DNA of 64,000 nucleotides from Macrostomum lignano (Eukaryota): NCBI GenBank assembly GCA_002269645.1, contig NIVC01000104.1, positions 711,179 to 775,178 of the forward strand, read 5' to 3'. Shown piece by piece: positions 1 to 11,574 of this stretch (position 1 is its first letter; each line of letters starts with the position of its first letter). The notes under the pieces were generated by a model. It saw only the letters and a program-made list of their open reading frames with translations, ran no database searches and was not told where the DNA came from. The position numbers and the translations under genes were made by a program.

Positions 1-169
1 CGCCACGGTCGCTCCCGGAGTTGTATAGTTTTCCGAGCGTAGGCAGCCAACGTTGAAGCTGCTGGAGCTGCTGGTGTCGCTGCTAACAAACGTTGGACCT
101 GTTTTAACTCACAGGTCAGATCGAGAATCTAGCATATGACTGTGGACCATATTATGGGAGAGAGGAGAA

Positions 170-308
170 CAGTGGCGCAACCAGGGGGGACCGCCTGCAC
201 CCTAGGCGGAGACTTGAAAAAAATCATAGGTGCATTTTCGGCAAAATACAGAGACACCTCCTCCGCTCCCCCCTGGGTCTTTACAACAAATTTCTGGTTG
301 CGCCACTG
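170..308. mobile_element. MITE with perfect 15-bp TIRs and 5-bp TSD
   Basis: CAGTGGCGCAACCAG (170-184) / CTGGTTGCGCCACTG (294-308), with GAGAA on both sides (165-169, 309-313). Confidence 0.8.
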
Positions 309-319
309 GAGAATAGAGA

Positions 320-1650
320 AAAGGGGAGAAGAGAGGAGAGGAGAGGAGAGGAGAGGAGAGGAGAGGAGAGGAGAGGAGGGGAGGGGAGAGAAGAGGAGAG
401 GAGAGGAGAGGAGAGGAGAGGAGAGGAGAGGAGAGGAGAGGAGAGGAGAGGAGAGGAGAGGAGAGGAGGGGAGGGGAGAGAAGAGGAGAGGAGAGGAGAG
501 GAGAGGAGAGGAGAGGAGAGGAGAGGAGAGGAGAGGAGAGGAGAGGAGAGGAGAGGAGAGGAGAGGAGAGGAGAGGAGAGGAGAGGAGAGGAGAGGAGAG
601 GAGAGGAGGAGGAGAGGAGAGGAAAGGAGAGGAGAGGAGAGGATAGGAGAGGAGAGGAGAGGAGAGGAGAGGAAAGAGGAGAGGAGAGGAGAGGGGAGGA
701 GAGGAGAGGAGAGGAGAGGAGAGGAGAGGAGAGGAGAGAGGAGAGGAGAGGAGAGGAGAGGAGAGTAGAGGAGAGGAGAGGAGAGGAGAGGAGGGGAGGG
801 GAGAGAAGAGGAGAGGAGAGGAGAGGAGAGGAGAGGAAAGGAGAGGAGAGGAGAGGATAGGAGAGGAGAGGAGAGGAGAGGAGAGGAAAGAGGAGAGGAG
901 AGGAGAGGACAGGAGAGGAGAGGAGAGGAGAGTAGAGGGGAGGAGAGGAGAGGAGAGGGGAGGAGAGGAGAGGAGAGGAGAGGAGAGGAGAGGAGAGGAG
1001 GAGAGGAGAGGAGAGGAGAGGAGAGGAGAGGAGAGGAGAGGATAGGAGAGGAGAGGAGAGGACAGGACAGGAGAGGAGAGGAGAGGAGAGGAAAGGAGAG
1101 GAGAGGAGAGGAGAGTAGAGGAGAGGAGAGTAGAGGAGAGGGAGGAGAGGAGAGGAGAGGAGAGGAGAGGAGAGGAGAGGAGAGGAGAGGAGAGGAGAGG
1201 AGAGGAGAGGAAAGGAAAGGAAAGAGGAGAGGAGAGGAGAGGAGAGGAGAGGAGGAGAGGAGAGAGAGGAGAGGAGAGGAGAGGAGAGGAGAGGAGAGGA
1301 GAGGAGAGGAGAGGAGGAGAGGAGAGAGAGGAGAGGAGAGGAGAGGAAAGGAGAGGAGAGGAGAGGAGAGGAGAGGAGAGGAGAGGAGAGAGAGGAGAGG
1401 AGAGGAGAGGAGAGGAGAGGAGAGGAGAGGAGAGGAGAGGAGAGGAGGAGAGGAGAGAGAGGAGAGGAGAGGAGAGGAAAGGAGAGGAGAGGAGAGGAGA
1501 GGAGAGGAGAGGAGAGGAGAGAGAGGAGAGGAGAGGAGAGGAGAGGAGAGGAGAGGAGAGGAGAGGAGAGGAGAGGAGAGGAAAGAAGAGAGGAGTGTGA
1601 AGAGGGATTGAGGAGAGAAGGGAGAAGAAAGAGAAGCGACGAGACAAGAG
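320..1650. repeat. (GAGAG)n polypurine satellite
   Basis: Directly visible; source of the SSPLL and EERRG artefact ORFs. Confidence 0.95.
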
Positions 1651-2105
1651 AGGGGCGATTAGAGAGACTACTGTAAAATTTCAAGGACCCGAGGGCCGGA
1701 TAGAGACAGCTTCGTAGGCCGGAGTCTGCAGACCCCAGGGTTTAAAAGAGAGCACACTCCATAATAGCAGTAGGAAGGATCGTCACGTTAAATTGAAGAA
1801 ATTAATTAGCATAAAGTCAATAAGAATCACACGAGACCACCGGCAGGTGTTTAGAATTTACATTTCGAGACAGAAGTGCAACCAAAAGATACATTTGAAG
1901 TGCAAAAATTGGAACTTTCTCCCAACGAGGTTTTCTGTAATTCAATATCCAAGTTAGAGATTCTGTGGTCAGGAATTCTGATAGCCGAAATATTGAGCAA
2001 GAGTGACTCAGGTCCCGTGACCTCGGATGGCGTATTCGTACTCTTCCTTCTTGTAAAAAAGTTTAGACCTAGTTTAATGGGCAATGGCTAATGCAAATGA
2101 TGGGC

Positions 2106-2415
<310 letters not shown>

Positions 2416-2817
2416 CAAAATTCGCAAGCACAAGGTAACTGGATTTTCTCATTTAATTTAATCAAACGACCGCCCGCTATACTTGCTGTCATTGCCAACT
2501 GAACACCCACGCAAACAACTCCTCAATCAATGATTTTTTTCTCTCTGTCCAGGCCTCACCTCATTTCAGATATCTCAATTCCTTTGTCCAGGCACTTCAA
2601 GCTTATAGCAGCAAAAGCTTAGTGAAGTATGGCGAGTTCAGCTAGAATATATCAGTTGTTCCGAGAACCCGCGCGTATCTTGGCCTGACAAGATAACCAG
2701 CCCAACAAGAGGACTCACATATCTCACGAACATGTCGCACAAACATGTCACTGTGACTGCGCAACAGGATTGATATGATGTGTGAATTTGCCATTTGGTT
2801 GCTTCTAAAAAATTTTC

Positions 2818-2908
2818 TATAAATGCGATTTACTGCTTTATGCAAATATTTAACTGAACTACACAAGCCAAAGTAATATTATCAAGCAATCGACAAAGAA
2901 ACAAGAAG
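2818..2908 (+). promoter_or_regulatory. Putative TATA box and non-coding first exon of the secreted peptide gene
   Basis: TATAAA at 2818-2823; donor AAG|GTAAGC at 2909; acceptor CAG|A ATG at 3162-3167. Confidence 0.45.
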
Positions 2909-3164
2909 GTAAGCAGCGTCTCTTCATTGCTTGTTTGTGCAATTTTTTCGTCTCTTGTTGTTCTCTCAGTTTTTCTCTGTATCATTGAACTACACCTCTA
3001 CCTAATCCATCTATTTAAAATTCTCTGTATCTCTCCGACTCCTATAGTCTCCTTTTTCCATCCGTATTTCTGCATTTCGGTGGGCAATTTTAGATTTCAC
3101 TTGTCACGTACGTAGTTACGCAACATTTTTAATGAATAATTATATTCCTTCCCGACCGGACAGA

Positions 3165-3464
3165 ATGAAGTGCGTTTTCCTGATTTTCCTGGGACTGGCG
3201 GCATTCATGGTGCAGCCGTCGGAACAGAAGGTCAACTGGGACATCTCGGTGGACATCACGAAGATCATCAACTACGGCCTGAACAAGCTGGACACGATGT
3301 TCTCCTGCGCTAAGTACGACGGCGTCAGGGGCGCCGGCTGCTGGCACAACAACTGGGAGAAGCGCGACCTCATGTGCAAGAGGCTGAGCGCGTGCTGGTC
3401 CCGGCGCTGGTCCTACAGCCACAGTCTGCTGGGCGGCCGCTGCTACTGCTGCCACTGTCCTTGA
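3165..3464 (+). CDS. Secreted Cys/Trp-rich peptide, 99 aa, defensin/mytilin-like C-terminus
   Basis: Hydrophobic signal MKCVFLIFLGLAAFMVQPSEQ. Mature pattern C-x10-C-x11-C-x5-C-x15-C-x-CC-x-C. Only 9 of 99 codons end in A/T. Acceptor immediately before the ATG; AATAAA at 3532. Confidence 0.85.
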   Translation: MKCVFLIFLGLAAFMVQPSEQKVNWDISVDITKIINYGLNKLDTMFSCAKYDGVRGAGCWHNNWEKRDLMCKRLSACWSRRWSYSHSLLGGRCYCCHCP

Positions 3465-3531
3465 ACTCGCTGTCCCTAACTTCCATTCTGTGCGTGTCTT
3501 AATGACAGGCAATTGAAAAGCAAACATATCT

Positions 3532-3537
3532 AATAAA
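3532..3537 (+). terminator. Polyadenylation signal of the peptide gene
   Basis: AATAAA 68 nt after the stop codon. Confidence 0.6.
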
Positions 3538-3633
3538 GGCCTTGTTAGATCAGCCTGCCAAATTGTGGCATTATTAGCAACATGCGGCTCATTTTTGCGT
3601 TTTATTAAACTTACTGCAACTAATGCGGTAAAT

Positions 3634-4520
3634 CCATGAGTGATGAATCCATGGGTGATAGTGAATCATGAGTGATGAATCCATGGGTGATAGTGAATCA
3701 TGAGTGATGAATCCATGCGTGATAGTGAATCATGAGTGATGAATCCATGCGTGATAGTGAATCATGAGTGATGAATCCATGGGTGATAGTGAATCATGAG
3801 TGATGAATCCATGCGTGATAGTGAATCATGAGTGATGAATCCATGCGTGATAGTGAATCATGAGTGATGAATCCATGGGTGATAGTGAATCATGAGTGAT
3901 GAATGCATGGGTGATAGTGAATCATGAGTGATGAATCCATGGGTGATAGTGAATCATGAGTGATGAATCCATGCGTGATAGTGAATCATGAGTGATGAAT
4001 CCATGCGTGATAGTGAATCATGAGTGATGAATCCATGCGTGATAGTGAATCATGAGTGATGAATCCATGGGTGATAGTGAATCATGAGTGATGAATGCAT
4101 GGGTGATAGTGAATCATGAGTGATGAATGCATGGGTGATAGTGAATCATGAGTGATGAATCCATGGGTGATAGTGAATCATGAGTGATGAATGCATGAGT
4201 GATAGTGAATCATGAGTGATGAATGCATGGGTGATAGTGAATCATGAGTGATGAATCCATGGGTGATAGTGAATCATGAGTGATGAATGCATGGGTGATA
4301 GTGAATCATGAGTGATGAATGCATGGGTGATAGTGAATCATGAGTGATGAATGCATGTGTGATAGTGAATCATGAGTGATGAATGCATGGGTGATAGTGA
4401 ATCATGAGTGATGAATCCATGGGTGATAGTGAATCATGAGTGATGAATGCATGTGTGATAGTGAATCATGAGTGATGAATGCATGGGTGATAGTGAATCA
4501 TGAGTGATGAATGCATGGGT
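3634..4520. repeat. 32-bp minisatellite, ~28 copies
   Basis: Unit gtgaatcatgagtgatgaatccatgggtgata; period 32 (3661 to 3693). Confidence 0.95.
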
Positions 4521-4569
4521 GCACCAGGACTGCCGCAAGGCCCAGGAGAATCAGGCGGATCGGTGACAT
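4498..4569 (-). pseudogene. Inverted, truncated paralog of the secreted peptide (signal peptide only)
   Basis: Minus strand CAG|A ATG then MSPIRLILLGLAAVLVHP vs MKCVFLIFLGLAAFMVQP. Colinear nucleotide match to 3160-3218, then runs into the 32-bp array and stops. Confidence 0.75.
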
Positions 4570-7537
4570 TCTGAACGGGTTAAGCAGCAGTGAAGCGTCT
4601 ACTTGCATCTACTTGAATAAAGATCAAGCTGGGAAAAATTCGCATTCATTGTGAGAGGATATTATGAAAAAGTAAATAATTGTTTTGGTTGGTATTACTT
4701 TTGCAACTGCGTCCTAACTTAAAGGAGCGAGAAAACTAGTGCATTCAAAATACGCTCGTACATGTACAACCCTGTGCACCAATCAGCACTGCACGCCTCC
4801 CCTCAGTGCGGCCTTACCAAAGCCCCCAAACTTCATCAAAACCACGTGTGTGCTTGCATCAGCTCTGACTTGTTTGGTCGCTGCAGACCTTCACCCACAT
4901 ATACATGTAAAAGCTTCCTAAGCCTTAAAAAACAACAGCACCAGGTGCTACATGTATATAAATGCATGGACACCATGTTTATAAATTCTCTGATCATGCA
5001 AGCTTCATTAATATATGGGCAATCAGCAACTGCTAGACACCCTCAGCTAGTCACTAGCTCAAGCAATCGGTCACCCCGATACCGTCATAGATATTAGCAC
5101 CAGCAGCAGGGGTGACTACATGTGTACATGCATATATGGTCATCCTATGATCCTAATACAGATTTCTCTAATTTCGCTGCTCAGCTATAGTTGAGATTCG
5201 ACAGTTTCTCATTTTTCAACAAACAGCAGTCAATCGTGAGTTCTACCAACTGACCGACCAAATCCGCGTTAAGTGGAGTACGTAGAAAGAGCCTCATGCG
5301 CATTATCGTTTTACTGGTTGAAATTTAATTAGCTATCCATGGCTCGGGGAGGACCAGTTGCTGCTCTACATATAGCAACTGCTGACTGTTACAGGTATTT
5401 CCACGGATATTAAGCTATAAATTAGGGACTCCGTACGGATTCAAAGAGTTAAAATCTTGTGACTGGTTAGATCATGCGATAGTGTTGACAGTTCCGGCAA
5501 AGGCTTCTTGTTGTATGCAAATATTACGAGAATGGAGGTCCATAAAAGTTTGCTCGCTAGTCAAACTAGCACTATATAGGTAAAACAACAACGAACAACA
5601 ACAAAAACAACTAATACTATCACTACTAATACTGCTACTATACTAAATATAAATAGTAATATCATCAAAACAGCCCTCAAATAAAAAGCAGCTATGAAGC
5701 TTGTATTGCTTCGCTTCTTTTAAGAGCTTACAGTTATCGTACGCGTAGAGCAGGATAAGATAATAGAATGGCTTCCACTTTATTTCGGTTGATAATATTT
5801 GATTTAATGTGTCAACACTGTCAATATGTATATTTCATTTTTGAAATCGATGAATCATGTTCAAGTTGAATTGTTGAAAGTATAGTGCAGATCACTCACT
5901 ACAGATCGAACTCAATATTAACTACTAGTGGGAACATATTAAGAATTCAGCATCATCATAATTGGTAAATTGCCCAAAGTTAAGCTTCAGTAGCGGAATT
6001 ATAGGGGGGTGGGGCGCCCCCTCTAAGTTAGATTTTTTATATGGGTTCTCATATTTTTATATGAATAAATAAGCAAAAGCAATGATACCTTAGTAATCAA
6101 TAATCAGCGCCCCCGTTTATGTCATATCATGCTCATAGGCCTAGAATATCCTCATGTAATGGAATGTCATATGCTCATAGGCCTAGTAAGTATTTATTGC
6201 ATAGCATTTATATAGTCACTATAACAATAACTGCCTAAAATATAATATTAGTAATTTAGTAATCTATCTATATTGTAATGTGAGACTAAGACTAAGGTAA
6301 GTCACAAAGGGCCTAAGAGCCAAGCAATAGCAAGGGCTAATACACTTGAAACTTATTAAATAAAAGGAAAAATACTAAATAAGCAATATAGATAGGCCTA
6401 GCCATAGGGCCTATCATAGGTCATAGGTAGCTAGGCCTAATATAGACATAGCATAGGTGTAGGCTAGGCCTATCTAATTATATTTGCTTGATGACTTGAC
6501 TTTTAATAATAACAATAACAGTAATTTTTGTTTTGTTTGTTTTTCTAGTATTGTTTATAGGCAAATGCTGCAAATTTGTTTTTTTGAGCCATATAGGGGT
6601 AGGGCCCCTTGAAAATCTTATTGGCAACTGGATTTTTGGCATCAAAGGCCAATCTGGCAACTTCATTTCCCTGTGCCAGTTGCTAATTTCAATAAATATT
6701 TTGTAAAGATAATAAAAGTTGCCATAGGGGCCTACAATATGAATTAATATGATGGAATTATTAGTTTATTATTATTTGCAACATAGATAGCAATCTTAGA
6801 GTTGAAAAACAAATTTCTACTTTTTAATATCTCTTAGTCTTAGAAATATCTATCCTCAAAAATTTGGCTAGTTGCCAATAGGAAACCAAAAATAGCCATT
6901 GGCAACTGAATTTTGAGCCCTAAAAGCCAGCTTGCAATTGGATTTCTAACCTAAAAAAACAAATAAGGCAGAGATCTTATACTTTTAGTATGCCTTTTTA
7001 GGTCTATTGTAAGATTTTGATAAGCCTAGGAAAACTAGGAAGCTTTTTATAAATAATCTCAATTTTGTATTTATATATATTTTTAATTGGGAGCCTATAA
7101 TAATATTAGAATATTTATTATAAAAACAGTTTGTAGTTTGCCAAAAATGCAAAAGACTTCTAAAACATTTTCAAATAGATTTTTGTCTTATTTCTTACTA
7201 ATACTTCTTACTAGTTACTCTTTAACTAAGTATATTTTATTTCTTTTGGATTTTTAAAAAAGTAGGTAGCTTATATGATAGAAAGAAAAGTAGGCCATTA
7301 GTAAGCACTTGATAGAGAAAAGGTAAACCAAGAGTAAGCCATGGCCAAGCTACCTAGTGGCTACAAACAAAAGAGCATATAAAAAAGGGGAGCCCAATGC
7401 CAAAGGTGGACAATAGTTTAAGATCAAGGGTAAGAGAAGCTATTGACTAGCTTAGCTTAAAAGAAGTAATCAATTATTTTATGTATATAATATATGCATT
7501 AAAAATACTTATTGTCTTCTTTCAGTCCAGCAAGCCG

Positions 7538-7942
7538 ATGCCAGAACAGCAGCAATCGCCCCAGAATGGCGGCGGCAGTGGCGGCGCCCTCACTGAGCAA
7601 CAGCGCAAGCGGGTCTCCCTAATCCTAAACTCTGAAGCTTTCCAACGCGAACTAGACGATATAATTCAGAGCCAAGTTCGCTCCGGTGCGCATCCGGCTT
7701 CGCTCATGGCTTTGCAACAGATCGCCGATCTGCTGCTGCCGACGGCGCGCGGCGGCGCCGGCTTTGGCGTTGGCTCGGCCGGGCACCAGAATTTGCCGCC
7801 CCCAATTAACGACATTCGCGGCAGCAACGTCGGGCATTATTGCGGCGGCCGGGCCGAGCGACAGCTGCGCTGCAAGCTGGCCGCGGTGCACCGCCTGCTG
7901 CACGCCAGGGGCTGGTCGGATGGACTCTACTGTCAAGCCTTT
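7538..7942 (+). CDS. ADD1: Adducin coding exon 1
   Basis: N-terminal head motifs; donor TTT|GTGAGC, phase 0. Confidence 0.85.
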
Positions 7943-10291
7943 GTGAGCTTTTCTTTGCTGTTTGCCTCTTTAGTATAGGCTTCCTAATTCTAACCTTGTT
8001 TTAGTAAATTCCTCACATCCTCGACTCGGGGGGGGGCGACTTATGTGACTTTACCAACTCAAGAGACTGTAAATTCTGTTATGCATCTGAGAGGGGCTGG
8101 TTTAGCCATCCAAGAGTCGTGCTAGCGCTTAACTTTCTATTCTCAGCAATTCCCCCCAAGACTTGACATCTCAGCAATTCCCCCCAAGACTTGACATCTC
8201 AGCAATTCCCCCCAAGACTTGACATCTCAGTAATTCCCCCCAAGACTTGACATCTCAGCAATTCCCCCCAAGACTTGACATCTCAGCAATTCCCCCCAAG
8301 ACTTGACATATCAGCAATTCCCCCCAAGACTTGACATCTCAGCAATTCCCCCCAAGACTTGACATCTCAGAAGCTTGTATAGCATTGCATCGGACTTTCT
8401 ATCTGTGTAACAAGCAACATGTTTTGATAAAATTCTTATCTAATAACTTATGCTCTTATCTAACTGGAAATTTAACAGGTGACAATAAATATCTAATGAG
8501 CAGCACTTTTACCAGACAGAGCTAGGCGATATTTAGTTAACCAGCCATTCCCTTATCTGACAGGAAGCGTTAGAGCAAGGTATCTAACATTATTAGCGAT
8601 TCCTATCTAACAGGTAATAGTAATAATAACTGATTACACCTGCCTCAATTGGGCCAGATGTACAACCGACAGCTCAGCCGCAATTGCGCGGCGCATCCGA
8701 AGGCTGCGTACGGCTGTTCAGTCCAAGGACTGGGGGGGGGGGGTCGCCACACACAGCCTCAATTTCCCCAGCTAATGCTGGCACCCATTTTACAGCTGGG
8801 TAAACTGAAGCATGCAGAATTAAAATGTCTTGCTCAAGGACACAAAATCTTCGAGTGAGTCGAGAGTCGAACCCCCGACCTTTCAGTCGTGATTCGGACG
8901 CTCTAACGGCCCCAGAGTTTTAGAGTCATTTTTCCTATTTTACCTGTGTTACCTGCAAAGGGGGGCGTAGCCTCAGCGGCGTTCTGATGTACCAGCGGCC
9001 CAGGCTCGATTCTAAGTGCACAATGAAGTGTACTATGTCTAACGATAAATACAGTTAGGGCCGCTGTACACTCCTGTGCGAGTGTGTGCCTGCTCAGGGG
9101 AGTCAACGGAATATTCCACATTCAGAATCGCAGTTAATCAATTTCCCAGGCCCGAGCCGGCGCAGATGCCTACCTGGCTAAGCCAGTCGGCCTGGCCTGT
9201 CGCGAGGCCACCGCCAGCTGTTTTAGCCGTCTGAACTCCGACGGCACAGTTGCCGATCCAGGCGGCACTGTGTTTGGCTGCGCGCCGCCAGACCCTGAGG
9301 CTTGGTCAGTAGCTTTGGCTCTGTTCAATGCTAGGCCCGATTTGAACGCAATTGTACTGCTGCAGACGCCCGAGGTGCTGGCCGTAGTTAACTGTCGTGC
9401 TGGCCTGCTGCCCTTGTGCGCCGAAGCTCAGCAGCTGGGTAAGTGAGCTATGCGATATTTGAAGGCTGGGGATCATGGGAACTGGGATTTGAAGGCTGGG
9501 GATCAAGGGAACTGGGATTTGAAGGCTGGGTATCAAGGGAACTGGGATTTGAAGGCTGGGTATCAAGGGAACTGGGATTTGAAGGCTGGGTATCAAGGGA
9601 ACTGGGATTTGAAGGCTGGGTATCAAGGGAACTGGGAGTTTATAAACTGAGGACCTGACAAAAGTATTTGAACTCGACTAGAGATGCAGGTAAATATGAT
9701 TTACATAGCTGGAACACCTCAGAAGGAAAAACAAGCCGTCTTCCCCAACCCAACCCAAAGGCCGCACTGCTGTCGTCTCCGATACCGATCCGAAAGCCGT
9801 CGCCGCTGCGGCCGCCGAAGGAGCCGACGCCGTCCTGCTGCCGGGTCGATGCGCCTGCGTCTGCGGCGCCACAGTTGAGGCTGCCTGGCGCCGGGCTGAA
9901 CTGCTGGCCGCAGCCGCCAACTCCCAGCTGGAGACTCTGCGCTCCATCGGATTGGAGAATCTGTGCCTGCCCGCCGAGGACAGCTCCGCCGATAAGCCCG
10001 TCGAAGAAGCCGCTATTGAAGGTAACGGCGGCGAAGATGGCGAGGCCAAGCAGCGGGAGTGGAGCTTCGGCCAGCTAGAGTTTGAGGCCGCGATGAGGCA
10101 GCTGGACTCAGCCGGCTATCGGACTGGCTACGAGTATCTGGAGCCCAGCGTGCGGGCCGTGCGGCCTGGGGAGGTCTTCATGGTGCTGGAGCGGCGGGAC
10201 GGTGAGGCTGCCGCTGCTGGGGGTGGACAGACAGGCAGACAGATAGACAAACAGACAGACAGACAGACAGGCAGACAGACAGACAGACAGG

Positions 10292-10324
<33 letters not shown>

Positions 10325-10418
10325 GGACAGACACTAAGACAGACAGAGACAGACAGACAGACAGACAGACAGTCAGACAGACAGACAGATAGACAGACAG
10401 ACAGTCAGACAGACAGTC

Positions 10419-10461
<43 letters not shown>

Positions 10462-11574
10462 TAGACAGACAGACAGGCAGACAAACAGACAGACAGACAG
10501 ACAGACGGACAGACAGATAGACAGACAAACAGACAGACAGACACTAAGACAGACAGACAGACAGATAGACACTAAGACAGACAGACAGACAGACAGACAG
10601 ACAGTCAGACAGATAGACAGACAAACAGACAGACAGACACTAAGACAGACAGACAGACAGATAGACACTAAGACAGACAGACAGACAGACAGTCAGACAG
10701 ATAGACAGACAAACAGACGGACAGACAGACAGACACACAGACACACAGACAGACAGACAGACGGACAGACAGAAAGACAGACACTTAAGCAGACACTAAG
10801 AGTCTAAGACACTACGACACTATTGTGAAATAGTTAGTGATGCAGTATCTTCAGTGTTGGCTAAAGTGCATCTTCACTTATGTATGAATTTGCCTTAATC
10901 CTGGCTTATCAGTTAAGCATTAAATGAGGCAGTAAGATCTACACAGTTTTTGATAAGGTTTTCTATGCACTAAAATGCAAATTCATTTGCTGTATGCGTT
11001 TACCGAATACAATATATTTTCACAACACACGCAGACGATGGCAACGATGATATTGCTAATAGGAGTGGCCGGACAGGCGCTGGCGGGGTAACTTCGGATT
11101 CGGAGAGTGGTGAGTTACTTATGTCCAGAAAGTAGTACTTTATGTGCCATTTTAAAATGTTTTTATAACCAAAAAACAGTCCATAAAATGCTAACTACGC
11201 TACTATTCACCTAGCAGTAGTGTGATTTGTCTCGTTTTTGTATTTTTATTTATCTATGCTAAACGTGCTACTTTTATTATTTTTTACCGAAATATCTCCA
11301 TACTACTTCTACTGATAGTAGCATTAATCGGTGTTTTGTTAATAAAATGTTTTTTTTTCTTTAAGAGCGCCGAAATGCTGGCGGAGGCGGCGCCCTGAGC
11401 GACACGCTAAAGTCCGACGTCACAAGCGGCGGCGAGGAGTCGGCGACGGCGGCGGCAGAGGCGTCAGCCGATGGCGAGGATCACAAGAAATCGTCAAAGA
11501 AAAAGAAGAGCGGCAGCGGATTTCGAATACCGAGTTTCTCGCGATCTAAGAAAGACGCTGCGGGCAGCAAGTGA
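7538..11574 (+). CDS. ADD1: Adducin (hts/ADD1-3 family), compact form, ~472 aa; exons 7538-7942, 9150-9438, 9761-10201, 11035-11109, 11366-11574
   Basis: QRKRVSLILNSEAFQREL, LMALQQIADL, PINDIRG, ERQLRCKLAA, LEFEAAMRQLDSAGYRTGY and the MARCKS-like tail KKKKSGSGFRIPSF match adducin. All junctions GT-AG and in phase. An upstream exon is possible (acceptor at 7524-7525). Confidence 0.9.
8142..8370. repeat. 28-bp intronic minisatellite, ~8 copies
   Basis: Unit ctcagcaattccccccaagacttgacat. Confidence 0.95.
8728..8905 (+). mobile_element. SINE-like dispersed repeat, copy 1
   Basis: Colinear with 28730-28850 (gctaatgctggcacccattttacagctgg...tgctcaaggac). The tail resembles L2/CORE-type SINE 3' ends (recalled, not searched). 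Confidence 0.6.
9150..9438 (+). CDS. ADD1: Adducin coding exon 2 (aldolase-II-like head)
   Basis: ARPDLNAIVLLQTP and GLLPLCAEAQQLG; CAG|...|GTAAGT. Confidence 0.85.
9454..9640. repeat. 30-bp intronic minisatellite, ~6 copies
   Basis: Unit gatttgaaggctgggtatcaagggaactgg. Confidence 0.95.
9761..10201 (+). CDS. ADD1: Adducin coding exon 3
   Basis: DAVLLPGRCACVCGATVEAAW and EFEAAMRQLDSAGYRTGY. The phase-1 acceptor CAAAG| at 9760 is the one compatible with exon 2. Confidence 0.75.
10225..10790. repeat. (GACA)n microsatellite with CACTAA interruptions
   Basis: Directly visible; begins ~22 nt into the intron. Confidence 0.95.
11035..11109 (+). CDS. ADD1: Adducin coding exon 4 (75 nt, phase 1-1)
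   Basis: GCAG|...G|GTGAGT, open and in phase. Confidence 0.65.
11366..11574 (+). CDS. ADD1: Adducin last exon (MARCKS-related basic tail)
   Basis: KKSSKKKKSGSGFRIPSFSRSKK then TGA; AATAAA at 11593. Confidence 0.85.

Larger units (their letters stand above)
86..1738 (+). mobile_element. hAT-Charlie (MER58-like) non-autonomous element with expanded (GAGAG)n interior
   Basis: Degenerate left end (gttggacctgttttaactcacaggtcagatcgagaatctagc) aligns with 49564-49625 and 59233-59290. Right end (aaatttcaaggacccgagggccggatag...tctgcagacccc) aligns with 51345-51416 and 60230-60291. No TSD recovered. Confidence 0.55.

Noticed and set aside
1-98. Possible minus-strand exon at the window edge
   Set aside because: Two frames are open and an AACAG acceptor exists, but there is no recognisable product and it overlaps a degenerate MITE end.
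136-1684. Long ORFs (SSPLL / EERRG)
   Set aside because: Translations of the (GAGAG)n satellite; no splice or homology support.
3165-3464. Horizontal transfer suggested by high GC3
   Set aside because: Signal peptide, 5' UTR intron, AATAAA and a local paralog fit a native gene; codon bias alone is not evidence.
5339-5394. Candidate first coding exon of adducin
   Set aside because: Ends in phase 2, while the 7526 acceptor needs phase 0.
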